Under the pieces are notes generated by a model. The model did not search any database and was not told the DNA's origin. It saw only the letters and a list, made by a program, of their open reading frames with translations. A stretch of DNA of 64,000 nt, from assembly GCA_963693365.1 (NCBI GenBank), contig CAVNZM010000002.1, positions 6,971,954 through 7,035,953 on the forward strand, read 5' to 3'. The translations under genes and the position numbers were made by a program. Position 1 is the stretch's first letter. Every line of letters starts with the position of its first letter. The stretch is from Amoebidium appalachense (Eukaryota > Protista > Ichthyosporea). Positions 1-13,661 of the stretch are shown piece by piece.

Positions 1-25
1 CCATGATGCTACGTGTAGGGTATCT

Positions 26-597
26 CACCCATTCAAGGTACACGCACCCGATCTATGCAATATCTCAGTCTCCAGTGGAGATAAGAGTGTACTTTCTTTT
101 TAACGAAGGAACTATACAATCTAAATCTTCAATATAGCGAGTAAAAACAGAACTTTTGCGCTAAAATACAAGAAAAAATATGAAAAGCAAATGGGGCCAA
201 GATCTCACGGTCAAGGTACACCTCGATTTTCACAGTCATTGGTTGTATATCATATGTTTATCGTTGCCGGATTGTGAATACAGAGCTTCAGACAGCCGGA
301 GTTTGGCACAATGTGATGTCATTAGAAGTTCATATTCATTCCGTTAATCTAAAAAGTATTGGTATATATTATTTAATTTGGTAATATAGAAGCGGGTGAA
401 TAAAAGATGTTTGTAGATTAGACAAGTTTGGGGAGCTTTTCATGTGCTGCATTTCAGTGCATGCATAAAATGTACACGAATGTGCCGCCGACTGCTTGGA
501 ATGCCGGTTCTGGTAACCAATCGACTTCATGCGTACGTCACGACTGGATCTGTCTAGAAACAATCACATCACCAGATCTGTGTACCTTGAATGGGTG
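26..597. mobile_element. Candidate MITE with 18-bp inverted repeats
   Basis: CACCCATTCAAGGTACAC (26-43) / GTGTACCTTGAATGGGTG (580-597). No TSD recognised. Confidence 0.45.
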
Positions 598-1045
598 TAT
601 ATCGACATGATATATTGGTTCCTATGTTGCTTATATCAGCACTTACATCGGCTAATACGCTGCTGATATCAATATGTGCCACAGGAGGAAGTTTTGACCC
701 ACGGTGTTGGCTGTTCCGTCTTTAGATTAATATTGTGCTTACTTGGGACCCCCCCCCCCCCCCCCCCCCCCCCCGGGTGCCACCGGGCGGATTCCGATTT
801 TTTTTTTTCTTCTACTAAAACTCCATGTTACTTCGATGTATTTTGGTAGCTTGTTGCATACTCTTGATGAACTTTGAGGTGGCGGCATGCACTGACTGAG
901 CCTTGGTCCAGCCGCGCTGGTTAAGAACACGGCGTTCCACTATCTACAGAGTGCCGTGGACACACAGGAGAAGTCAGCACGCCCCCCGCTAGTTTCGGTA
1001 TGTTTTGGTTTTTTCGGTTTGTTGGAAGGGAGTTTCTTTTGTGTT

Positions 1046-1080
<35 letters not shown>

Positions 1081-1257
1081 GTGTGGGGGTGGGGGTGGGG
1101 TGTGTTTGTGGGGGGGAGGGAGGGGTGAGGAGGGGTATATGTGTGTGGGTGTGCGGCTCGGTGGAGACGGTTTTGTGGAATGAGTGTGTCTTCTTTTCTT
1201 GTTCTTTTTTTTTTTTTTCTTTCTTTCTTTCTTTTTTTTTTTTTCTTTTCTTTTTTT

Positions 1258-1307
<50 letters not shown>

Positions 1308-2056
1308 TTGGATGGGCATACACACATTTGGTGGTTGGCACGTGTGTTTGGGGAGGGGGGCGGAGGAGGGAGGGGTGGGAGGGGTTGCTTGAGCGTGATG
1401 TGAAATAGCTTGTCTTCGGTCCCCATTTTCCTTCAATGTTGCGCCGTGAATCTCTGAAGCCCCGAGTATTGCCGTTGCATGGCAACACATCCCTTATGAG
1501 GCCCTTGTGTGTTTCAGTAATGTTTGGTGATGTTGCTATTTTTAGTATTTACAGGTGATGATATGGGCTCATATTTAACCTGCTGTTCTATGTGTGCATC
1601 GGTGGTTGGTGTGATGCACAAGCAACAATAGTTTTTCTGAGTACCATTCATTCGTACGCGTTAGTTCTATGTATGTCTTTTTTATGAATGTGCGGGTGTG
1701 TGTGTGGGTGTGTGGTAGTGTTGCTTTTTAGGAGGTGTGTGCAGTGTGTGCAGTGTGTGCGCGTGTGCGCGCGTGGGTGTGTACGTATATCTGTGTGTGT
1801 GTGCGCACCTGTGTGTGTGCAAGTGTGTGTGTGTGCATGTATGCATGTATGCGTGTGGGTGTGTATGTGCGCGTGTGCCTGGCGCTCTATGTTGAGAATT
1901 CCAGATGCAGTTGGGATTGATACGTTGTCTGTGTGCAGAGGAGACGGAGTGATGGGACCAGTGTGAGTGATGAGAGCATAGAGCTGGTCGATGTGCCCTC
2001 AGGGTCGGCATCACCGGGCAAGGAGGTGTGTGTGTGTGTGTGCGTTGTGCGTGTGC

Positions 2057-2134
<78 letters not shown>

Positions 2135-2148
2135 GCGTGTGTCTGTCT

Positions 2149-2201
<53 letters not shown>

Positions 2202-2910
2202 GGGGAGAATGAGTGGGTGGTCCGGTGGCTGTGTGTGTGTTTTTCTTCTTCGCTTTTTTTTTTGGGTGTGTGTGTGCGTGCGTGCGTGTGTACGCATGCG
2301 TGTGTCATTGCGTGGGTATTTGGGGGTGTGTGATTGTGTGTGTGTGTGTGTTTTGGGGTGGAGGGGAGGTGGAGCGGGGGAGAGGGGGAGGGGGGGGGGG
2401 GGGGGGGGGTTGCTGTGGAGGACTGCGTGACGACGTGGCAGATAAATTGAATTATCAAGTTGTCTTCGGGAAGATGATGTTTTTTTTTCTTTCCTTTTTT
2501 TTTTTGTGGGGGAGGCAGGGGAGGGAGGGGGGGGGGGGGGGCTAGAGAGAGTGAGAGAGATTGACAGAGGGGCAGGCTGAGGGAAGGAGGGGGGGTATGG
2601 GAGAGAAAGAAAGAGAGGGAGGGAGGTTGGGTGAGTGGGAGTTAGATATTGAGGTGCTTGTGTGCGTGTTGGGTAGAGAGAGAGAGAGTAGAAGACCGAT
2701 AGAGGTTAGAGAATGAGGGAGAGGGTGAGAATGGGTGGAAGGGGCTGGGGGGGGGAGGAGAGGGGGGGGGGGGGGGGGAGAGGGGAGGGGGAGGGGGAGG
2801 GAGAGGGGGGCAGGGAAAAGCGGCAAAGGGAACACAGAAGGAGAGAGGGGGAGGAGACGGATGGTGGTGTCGATGGATGGGTGGATGGCCGGGTGGGTGG
2901 GTGGGTGGTT

Positions 2911-2985
<75 letters not shown>

Positions 2986-2994
2986 TGGGGAGGG

Positions 2995-3037
<43 letters not shown>

Positions 3038-3399
3038 CTTCTTGGGACGTGGGCACAGAGAGAAGTAAAATGAGTGGTAGACAGTTCTGTTGCACAAGGT
3101 GGGATATGGTTTTGTTGCTGTTTAGTTGCTGGCATCTTTGTCTCAGGCCATTGTTTATTTTCAAGGTCATTATCATTAGATATCATTAGATTATGATTAG
3201 ATTTTTAGAAGGAAAATTTTAAATTTTTAGAAGGAAATTTTTAAATTGGTTTGGGTGGGCAGTACCTGGAGGCACCCCCCAGTCGGGACACCAGCCGGCC
3301 GGCATCCTCAGCCGGGTTCTCTTCCCCCCGTATGTCACGTGACCGGCCCACTAGACCGACCACCCCAGAGTCTGCGCTGCACCAGGTGGGTGTCTGCAT

Positions 3400-4358
3400 G
3401 CACCCATATATGGCAATGCGCCAAATGTGCCATATATGGCAATGTCCAAATGCGCCCATACATGGCAATACTCCTTAATGCGCCCATATATGGCAATGCA
3501 CAATTTGCCCCCATAAATGGCAATGCTCCTATGTCAATGCTCCAAATATGCCATGTATGGCAATACTACTAATGCGTGCATGCATAATTGTCCAAATATG
3601 GCGGTTTTCTGTTGTGGCAATATAGACCGGACCGCGGCGGCCGGCGGCTCAGATCGACCGAATAAAATGAAGCATAGCGATCATAGGAAAGACACATGTA
3701 GTTGACCTTTTTTTCAATTTATTACCTTCTATTGCAGCCAGAACCCATTATATGCTTAATATAAAATACGCAGGAGGCAAAGACGCTTATTTTGATACCT
3801 TCACATACCTTCACATACTGAGCGCAAGACGAAGCCGCAAACTTTCGTATAGTAGAACGGTGATAAATACCCCCTTTATAGTAGCGTTTGAAAGTTTGAG
3901 TTTCATATCAGTATTGACCAAGCAAATAGCTTAGCTCAAATTCATAGTCTCCCCCCGATGCATCGACCGTCGCTGATCAGACTGACCGTGAGGAGGCCGC
4001 TGGCGGCGGCCTGGCGTACTACAAAACCAAGTCTTACTTAGAGAAAAACAAGGGTTTTTCTTCGCGCCAAGGACCAATTCGTAAAAAAAAAAAAAACTGC
4101 GTTTCCTTGTGGACATTTAGAGCTCAGCATTGTTAGGCTTATACTAGGTTTAGAGGGCTGATATTTATGGATGAAAGTGGATCCGGGCCCACTTGCTATA
4201 TTCAGGACACTACGTTTTATTCCGCGATGTGGCTCACGGTCAGGTCTATATGGCAATGCTCCAAATGCACTCATGTATGGGATTGCTCCAAACACAATGC
4301 AATGCTCCAAACACACCCATATCAGGCAATGCTCCAAATTTCCCCATATATGGCAATA
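3400..4358 (+). repeat. Degenerate minisatellite of CCCATATATGGCAATGCTCCAAA-like units (3400-3620 and 4248-4358)
   Basis: More than ten recognisable units of roughly 20-28 bp. Confidence 0.8.
3624..4247. mobile_element. Non-autonomous TIR element (AT-flanked, ISL2EU-like termini) inserted in a minisatellite
   Basis: AT|AGACCGGACCG ... CGGTCAGGTCT|AT. The CCATATATGGCAATGC array resumes on both sides. Confidence 0.55.
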
Positions 4359-4597
4359 GTCCTGCGCTTAGCTGTGGTCTTCATCGTCTGCTTGCCTCTT
4401 CTTTGTGTTCTATCAGTGATCGTGTTTCGTAGGTGAACTATGCAAAGAATCGCAAGTAGGCGCCACAGCAATGACCCCCCCCCCCCCCCCCCCCCCCATA
4501 TCAATTTCCGCACACCTGCATGTGTGGTCCTTCCATGAATTTTGTACTCAGCACTATGTAATCCATCCACACTTCGCTGTCCCCCCCCCCCCCCCCC

Positions 4598-4628
<31 letters not shown>

Positions 4629-4961
4629 AAACACCTTAAAAAAAAAAAAACCAACCCCTCTCTACCCCCCCCCCCCCCCCTTCCCCCCATCCCACGCACC
4701 AAAACCGGTAAATCTCACGATATGTATCTCTGCTCACACATTTCTACACATCTCGGATACGTGAGCAGCAGCGGCCCCCTGCGTCGGCCACCCCCCCGGC
4801 CCTACCACCCACACGGGCCCAGGCGTTTCTGCCTGCTCCCACAACACACAGGGTAGGTCCCGTACCTCAACATGACCCCTAAGTATTTGCTTATAAAACA
4901 CATCAAAGGGCCTTCCATCTTCTAGAACATTAGAATCGGGAGTTGGGGGATGTGTGTGTGT

Positions 4962-4992
<31 letters not shown>

Positions 4993-5128
4993 GGGGGGGG
5001 GGGGATGTTTGCCTGTTAGGCGCATGTGACGGCTCCTTTACCTCTTCTGCTCCTGCCCTTTCATCACTCTTTGCATCTTCTTGAGGGCTACTGCTTTATC
5101 AAACACCTACCATCTGGCATAGCTCCCA

Positions 5129-5167
<39 letters not shown>

Positions 5168-5171
5168 CCCC

Positions 5172-5271
5172 CATGGCTGATGCTGCATACTTGAATGTTT
5201 GCCTTTGCATGTGTCCTGCATCATGCTTCTCATCGTCTATGCGTACTTCGTACTGTGTTCCGCATTCAAAC
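5172..5271 (+). mobile_element. Poly(C)-tailed retroposon, subfamily B, short
   Basis: CATGGCTGATGCTGCATAC...CCGCATTCAAAC between C-tracts. Confidence 0.88.
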
Positions 5272-5585
5272 CCCCCTCCTTCTCCTCCTCCTCCTCCTTC
5301 GGGAGGAAGGAAATGGGCTCAATTGTGTTGCATACATGCACCTTTTTTGTTTGCATTCTGCATATCTGCGTTGTGTTTTCTGTATTGAAATATGGACTGG
5401 ATACTGCGAAAGCACCTGAAATTCGTTACTGCGGGTGTAGTTTTTCGAACGTCGTCCTTTCGGATGTGAACATCCCCCCCCCCCCCCCCCCCCCCCCCCC
5501 CTGTCCCCCCGCTCTCGCTTCGGATCCCTCCACCACAACCTTCGTGTCACCACGTCCACCACATCCATTACCCATCCCCCCCCCC

Positions 5586-5616
<31 letters not shown>

Positions 5617-5668
5617 ACACACACCACCACCACCATCACTTTTGCCACAAGAGCTGACTAGATCCCCC

Positions 5669-5703
<35 letters not shown>

Positions 5704-7045
5704 ACCACCACCACCACTCAGCCACGGGCCAATTCTCCCACAACACTCTCAACAGCGTCAAATCCAAGCGGGGCGGCCGGGGGCTCAATCCGTCTTCCCT
5801 CGGTGCCTGATGTCATCCGGTAAATATTGGGGAATCTTCGGGTAATCCGTTTGTAATGTGCACATGGCCGTAGGAATCTGTAAGTAGCTGTTATACGTTG
5901 CGCACGGTGCAAAAGTTCAGGAATGGTGAAGCGATGTGATAAGCTTTAGCACTATGTAGAGCTGCCTACTATTTTTTTCATTTCTTTTTAACCTCCATTT
6001 TTAATATCTCGAAGGGGCTGGTTCCCCGCACGGTGTATGTAACTACTGAATGACATCAACTCGGGAGTTAACTCGTCGAATACACTGTCCTGCTTGGGCC
6101 GTGCAAGATTCAAGTGATGCTGTGAAATGCCATGTTTTTTGGACATTGTGGGTGTGCGCGACAAGTGGGCACACCAATGACAATTGGATGTTATAACTCC
6201 CAAGTCATCGCATGTGTTACAGGTGGTTCAGATGTGTATATTCGTCAGAACAGATTGAAATAGACACATGTACAGATATGTTGCCCCACCCCCTCCCTTC
6301 CCCATCAATTGAGTCTAATATTAGACACACACTTTCACAGTTTGTCAGACTGATAAAATGCGCCCCGGAGAGTCTCTCGTAATTCATATTCGCATCGGGG
6401 GGGAGGGGTGGTGGAAGAGGGAGGGAGGGTATGTGCTCTTCATTAACGACATGTATGTAAGCTGAGAGGAGGTGCAGGCACCAAGGCCAACAGTACTTCC
6501 ACCCGACAAGTTACACAATAGCGCCATATGGGTAAAAAACGTCGTTACAATTTATGATTTTCGCATGTTAAAGTTACTACTTAAGCTAATTAGCCTGCAA
6601 TCCTCATGAAATAACCGCCGGAGCTAGTCAGAAGTGGAACATTTGCGTACGTTGTATGTATGGTAATGGTTGGGTTGTTAATGTTCTGTCGTTTGCGGAA
6701 GGGGCGACAAGAAGGGGAGGGCCGGGGAGGGGGAGGGGCGGAGGGATGGGGGGGGGAGGGGGGGGAGGACGGGGGGGGGAACGACGGCGCTCGGCGAATA
6801 TATAGCGAAGACAGTACAGTAGCCTACACTGTGATCAAGATCTAGAAATTTTGAAAGAGGCCATCATGCGTGCGCATGCACAGAAGAGTGCGCGTAACTC
6901 CATTAGACGGACTTTGCCTAGCAGGCCCCAAGTGAGCGTAACTCCACTAGAAGGACTTTGCCTAGCAGGCCAAGTGACTCCTCCGCCCATCATGCCAGGA
7001 AAAAGGGAAAACTGGTGCTACCCTCAATTCCCAAGCTCCTAGGGT

Positions 7046-7245
7046 GTGACGTAATATTTGGCACGAAATTTATTTGGCACGAGCCTGCAAAACGGTGAAA
7101 ATGGGGCAGGATGTCGCCCAGGCACCGACAGGAGCTTGGGGATACCCCTGGATGTGCTCCGCTAGCGGGCTGGTGCCAAATAAATTCGTGCCACATTTTA
7201 CGTCACCAGGTTCGTGCCAAATTATTTGGTGCCAAATTTATTTGG
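7046..7245. repeat. About 35-bp inverted repeat plus GTGCCAAA motif cluster
   Basis: GTGACGTAATATTTGGCACGAAATTTATTTGGCAC (7046-7080) / GTGCCAAATAAATTCGTGCCACATTTTACGTCAC (7173-7206), with further GTGCCAAA copies after it. Confidence 0.7.
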
Positions 7246-7675
7246 GGCATAAATGGGTCGGTTCGAACTATTATGGGTCGAATCAGCTCGAATCGTTCCT
7301 GACCCGTTTTCTGACCCGTTTTTGTGGCTCATCGTTGGTGGCGTCTGATTCGAGGAATAAACTCGAAAGGCGGGCTAAGCAAGACCACGTCAACCACGTG
7401 CAGGTGGTGGCGTACTTGAACGGGCAGTCACAGCCTGGACTGGCAGTTGACAGGTGTGACACAGCGCTAGCATCCTTATCATATTGCAGTAGGCTCATAT
7501 AAAAATAATAAAAACAGACAACACCCTTTAATGCTCGATCATAACTGACAGTACATATTTTGTGTGAGCATGGGTTACAAACATGCTCGCGTCCGCATTG
7601 GACGTGGGCAAGGCCATTGGGCTTTGCTGAGGATTCTCGTTCATGTTATCCTCGCCTTTTGTCTTTTGGCTGCAG

Positions 7676-7929
7676 CGGGTTCAACAAACAACCCAGATGG
7701 GGTGAACAAAAAAGTCATTAAGGAAAACAAATCTTGGTCTAAAGATCATGCCAAGCTGGAACAGTCATTCGTTGCACGGTACATTGATTATTGCATAGCG
7801 GATCATGAGGACTCTGTCGAAGCTGGCACGTGCCCTCCCCAGCCCTTCCTCAGGGATTGGGTGTGGCATCAAACCCGTCATGGCGGCCGGATAGATGCAT
7901 CTACAGCGGAGGGAGTCCATCAGGTGATT

Positions 7930-7960
<31 letters not shown>

Positions 7961-8487
7961 CCCCCCTCTCTCCCCACCACCCCCTGCCTCTTTTCCACTT
8001 TTTCTCTCCCCTCCCCTGTCTCTCTGTTCTGGGCCTTACAGGTGGTTCCTCCGTTTTAGAAGTTGTTTTTTATGTAATACGTTAGGTGTGTCCTTTTGCA
8101 TCTTGTGGATACCAATGCCTTCACCGCTCAGGCCTTCCCTTGCACTTAATCTTATGGACCTTTGTGCCTCTCCCATGATCTGTTTGGCATGGCATGCTGC
8201 CTTTTCTGCTTTGGCTTGCCTCTTATATGTTGCTATCACCCGATAGGGTATGTGTGGCAACGTGTTCCATATGTTTTGTGTGACCATTCTGTGCAGTGTA
8301 CCCACTTAAAGCCCACTCCTCCGCTTTTCCCCCTTCCCTCCCTTCCCCTTTAAGCATACAATTAGTCAAGAGGCAGTACAGGATAGTGGGTAGAGAGTTT
8401 CTGTGTGTCACGGTGTATGCCTGTGGGTGTGTGCTTGTCTGTGTGTGTATGTGCCTGTGTGTGTGTAGTGAGTGTGTGTGTGTGTTG

Positions 8488-8536
<49 letters not shown>

Positions 8537-10438
8537 TTGTGTGTGTAATGTGGGTGGGTGGGTGGGTGGGTACAGAGAAGGGGGAGAGGGGGGGGGGGGG
8601 GGGGGCGTGTATGTGTGTGCCTGTGTGTGTATGTTAAAGACAGGGGAGGGGGGGAAGGGGGAGAGGTCAGGGTAGGGAGAAAGGGAGGGAAGGATGGGTG
8701 GGTGGGAGGGTTGGAGGGAAGGAGGGAGGGGGAGAAAGGGTAGAGGGAGGGATGGCGGAAAAGACAGAAAGAGAGGGGCAAAGAGAGGAGGGCAGTCGGT
8801 AAAGAGGAAGGGCGGGAGGGTGGGACGGAGAGGGAGAAGGGGGAAGTGGAGAATTAGGGCAGGGGGGGGGGGCCGAGAGCAAGAGGGGGGGTGGGGAGGG
8901 TGTGGGCGGTGTGTGTGTGTGTATGTGTGTGTGTATGTATGTTGTGTGTGTGTGTGGGGGGGGGGGGGGGGGGGGGGGGTTGGATGGGGGATTCGGTTGG
9001 GAGTGGGTTCTTTATAGACCTGGCAACCATTGACCAGCTATTCTCTCACCCTGTCTTTGTGTTCACTCTGCAGCTTATGGCAATAATGGCAACCGTTCCT
9101 TGCCTGAGTGTGGTATGGAGGTTGGGTCTTTCGACAGTGATGGCTCTGACGATGACGATGAGGGGTCAAGTGACGAGAGCCCCGGTTCATTCAACGTGTC
9201 AACATGTGTGCGCCTAGCAGGCCGCAAGCTTAACGCCCGGCGTGCGATGCGCAAGCTGATTGGGTCTGTGCACAGCTCCGAAGGGTTTGCTTTAGCAGCA
9301 CAGGACCCGGATCATCTGCTCTTCACTCTAGTGTTCTTTGACGAGGCCGTGGCAGCAGACATACAGCTTGCCAGGTGCTTCCTGCCGAACCCCCCCCCCC
9401 CCCCCCCCCCCTTCCCCTCCAACGCCCCCCGCTCCTCCCTCTCGCCTCTCCCCCCCCTTTCCCTGCAGGGCCTCCTCCCCTTTCCCCCATCCCCCTTCCC
9501 CCTCCCCCCCCCCCCCCTCCCCCCCCTCCCCCCCCCCCCCCGCCCCCTTTTCTGCATCCCCCTCCCCCTCTCCTCCTTCCCACAATTCTTCCTCCCAACT
9601 GCTCCACCTCCTTACTTCCTTGCACGTATCAATCCATCTCTCCTTCCAACCCAAGTGACACCAGTTTTTTGTCAGACAACCTGCCTCCCCAGGCCCACTT
9701 ATTATGCCTGTCCTGTTCCCCTCCCCCCCCCCCCCCTCTCCCCCCTCAGGAGGGCCTCTGCCCATTCGTCCCTCCTTTTCAAGTCCTCCATTACCTCTTA
9801 CCTCCCCTAATTCTCATTATTCTCTAATAGTATACCTATATCTTCCATCCTACCTTTTTGGAAGCTCCCTGCTTCTCTTCCACCTATTTGAAAGCATCTG
9901 CATCTACCCCCCCCAGGGGAATAGGTCGAAACTCGGGTACTGTGGATGACGTGGGCCCCCCCTGAGGATGGGCTCTGCTTATTATGCATACTCTTTATGT
10001 ATGGCTTGCATTCTGCATCGTGTTATCCGTTTGTTCTTGTGTACTTCGTACTTTTTGACGCATTCAAAACCCCCCCCCCCCCCCCCCCCCCCGTTCATAG
10101 CCCCTCCTTCATCAGTACTCCCTTACACCTGCCCGGCCCCCTTCAGAGTGCCTAACCCCCTCCCCCCACACACACACACCCCTCCCCTTTCACACACCTG
10201 CACACACGAACGCACCCATGCATGCACGCATGCACCCTCCCTCGCAGCCACGAGCGCACACACTCTTATTCACTTATAGAATTGTTAATAATCTAATGCC
10301 CCCCCCCCCCCCCCAACCCCCCCCCCCCAACCCCAACCCACCCACACACGCACACACACACACACGCCAAGGTTTCCCTTGTTCTGCTCCTCGGCCTTTC
10401 CGCCTTCCCCATAATCTGTCTTTCTCTCTCTTCCCCCC

Positions 10439-10472
<34 letters not shown>

Positions 10473-12969
10473 ACCAATCCCACCCCACTGTCACCCACCC
10501 CACCACCACTGCCCTACGTCACCCTCCCACTTCTTGTCTTTGCTTATTCTTCCTTGTGATGTGCAACACAGGGACATATCCGGGCCACCTGAGGTCCAGC
10601 AACAACGCCTTCTTCAAATTCTGGGTGCCTGGAGAATGGAGCTTATGGAAACACCCGCTGACGGCAACTGTTTGTTTCATTCGGTGTGGCATTATATCAA
10701 TCAGTATCTACAAAGCGGTCATGTAGCTACCCGTGAACACCTCAACACATTGGGGTTTACAGCTAATATGGAGCCTATAGAGGCGATTGGACGGCTACGC
10801 GAACTAATGGTAAACGAATGGCGGCGAAATCTAGCAGAATACCAAGGATTCCTTTCAAGGGTGACCCTCGCATACGTAGCTGATGATTTCCGCTGTCCTC
10901 GGCGCGCCCATTTTGCTTCTGCAGCCGGTGACGCGATGGTGCTGGGCTTAGCCAACGCACTCCGCATACCAATAACCATTTTTAGCACGATTGCCAATCA
11001 CGGTGTAGTTGCGGTCACTCCACCCACCGTCATCGAACCCAACATTGCCATACCCGTATCACTTAACGGTGCAGCAGATCATTACTCAGTGGTAATACCT
11101 CGCTTGTCGCATGCGAACAAAATCTCGGACAACAACCAAACACAGACATCACACTCAGTTGACACGGAAAACTCGACGGAGTTGGCGTCTAACGCTAACA
11201 CAACTGACACGTTCGGTGGGTTGCCCGCCAAGGGCTGCAGCTGTAATAGAAACAGTAAGGATAGAACACGTTTTTTTTGTGGTTTTAAGAACGGCGGGGG
11301 AAAAGTGCAGGCATACGATGGGCATGAGCGTTGCATATGCGCAAAGAACAAGCGGGCATGCACCCAGGCATGCAGGTGTGAGAATTGTGGCAACAGGTGA
11401 GCCGTATGATATGCATTTGCTACTTTTCTTCTTTTGCATCCTCTATTTGCCCACACTTGGTACTTTATAATCGAAACCTTAACTTGGCCAAATCCAGGTA
11501 TTTCTGCTTGTCCCTCTCTTTATTCCCCCCCCCCCCTTTCCCCCCCTCTCCCTCCCCCCCCCCCCCCCCCCCCCCCCGGGAGGGGAAAGAAAAGCCCCCT
11601 CTCCCAATCCCCTCCCCCTCCTGTATCCGTCGTTTCATGATGTCTAACCCCTCCTCCTCCCCCCCCACCTTCCCCACTGCTCACCACCTGCACACCCGCA
11701 CACCATACACAAACTTAAACACACACACGCATGCACGTGTGCACGCACACACACAGCCCCTCCCCCCCCCCCCCCCCCCCCCCCCAAACACACACACACA
11801 CACACACACAATGCATCCGCGCATCATGGTCCATGCATACACGTGTGTGGATAGATGCACAGGTGCACGAATCCACGCACGCACGCACCCACAGAGCACG
11901 TGTGCGCACGCACACACAAACACACATGTGTACACGTGCGCGCGCATTCACACGCACACACAAACGCACATACACATGCAGTCATGGACAGCGGCCAGAG
12001 CCAAACCGTCCAGGTCGCCCGTCTACCATGCAGTTGCATTTATGCGGCGAAGGGGGGAACCTTTCCCTGAGAAGTGGTGATGGGTCCAACACCACCCATA
12101 CGGCCAACACAACAGCCACCAGGGGCAAGGCCACTGCCACGGTTCCAACGCAAAGGCGGCGCGCACGATTCACGCAAACACGAACCACAGATCAGAATGG
12201 TTTGGAGTATTATGTGTCTGTGGGCGAGGAGGTACGTTCGGGTAGATGGTCGGATGCGGAGACCGCGTTGATTGAAAGTATTGTTATTTCGCTTGCGGAA
12301 CAAAAGTTGCCGGCAACAGAGGAGGACATATTTGCACATTACCATGCAGCATTGGAGGGCAACGAGGAGGGTGTGGGGCTGGATGCCATCCTTTCCAAAA
12401 CATTGAAACAAATCAAGTCAAAAATAGAACACATTGAGAAGGAAAGACGTTTGCGTAGTCAGGTGGCCGCCGAGGTGAGGGAGGAAATCGCGAGGGCTAA
12501 GGAAGCCGCTGCTAGGACAGTTACGGAGAAAGCAAGCGAGAGAGCACGAAACACGAAACGTGGGCTGAAGTCACAGAGTAATTCACAGACTGCCCCGTCA
12601 AAGAAGGCCAAGCCCAGCGGCCTTTCACGTGCAAGCACCAACACAGGTGTTGCCCCTCAGGAGCATGATCCCACCAGTTCGTCAACCGATTCGGCGGATG
12701 AATTCCAAAGCACCCAACAGTCTGGGGTGATTCCCCCTAGCCAGCACCCGCACCATCCGCAAGCGTTCCACCCCAGTTATTATCACACATACCCGAGCAC
12801 GATAGCCAGTGCACAATGTAGCGTCTGTCAACTGACTTTAGCAATCCCTCCCCATCTGTGTCATACTTACATGCAATGCTGTAGGTGCAAGGCCATGTTG
12901 TATGCTCTGGTCACCGCTTTTGGCATCCGCCTGCTCAGTTTTAGTGTCACGGATAATAGGTGGAAGTGA
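7676..12969 (+). CDS. Spliced, probably 5'-incomplete gene: OTU-like cysteine protease + CXC cysteine cluster + Myb/SANT-like helix region + C-terminal zinc ribbon; likely transposon-derived
   Basis: Phase-compatible exons 9074-9374, 10572-11396 and 11982-12969. A candidate upstream exon 7676-7923 is not in phase with them. OTU motifs TPADGNCLFHSV...ADHYSVV; CXC GCSC...CICAKNKRACTQACRCENCGN; GRWSDAETALIESIV; CSVC-x-CCRC. Confidence 0.7.
9915..10070 (+). mobile_element. Poly(C)-tailed retroposon, subfamily A, 5'-truncated
   Basis: AGGGGAATAGGTCGAAAC...CATTCAAAAC with C-tracts on both sides. Confidence 0.9.
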
Positions 12970-13515
12970 GCCAATCCCTCCACGTAGTTTTTTATTTTTC
13001 TAATTGTTATTGTGGCTGCCAGCTGCTTTGGGGTCAGGTGGCAAACGTAGGGCATGTCTAGTAGGTTCGATTAGTATGGGATTTGGCATCATGATGCCAA
13101 GACTTAGTCAATACAGTAACTTAAGAATCAGTTTGTTAGGTGTTAGTTGTAACATTTAACTTCCAGTAATGTTCAGCATGTCAGAGTGGTAGTTTATGAT
13201 TGTAATGTTACTTACAGTTTAACTGTAATGTCACGGTGTATGTAGAGTATGCTGTCACATTCAATGCACACACACGGCACACACACATGAACATGCACAC
13301 ACGCAACCACATACACGTCAAGCACACACTACGTATACATCCATGCATGCGACATTCGCCTTTTTAATACCTATGATATCATTACGTAGTCAAAATACCA
13401 TAATAATAATGTGTAGAAGTGATTGCAGGTCAGTTTCACATGCTGCAGCTGTTTTATTAATAATGACACCGTAAATTAATGGCAAGCACACTGCAGACTC
13501 GGACTTCCCCCCCCT

Positions 13516-13556
<41 letters not shown>

Positions 13557-13563
13557 AAAAAAA

Positions 13564-13594
<31 letters not shown>

Positions 13595-13611
13595 TTCCCA
13601 CCTCGAAATTT

Positions 13612-13661
<50 letters not shown>

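Noticed and set aside
5988-6203. YIHRAG resembling DEAD-box motif VI
   Set aside because: No other helicase motifs nearby and the following arginines are absent.
13505-13660. Long poly-C / poly-G fold-back
   Set aside because: Complementarity is trivial given the abundance of homopolymers, and tract lengths are unreliable.
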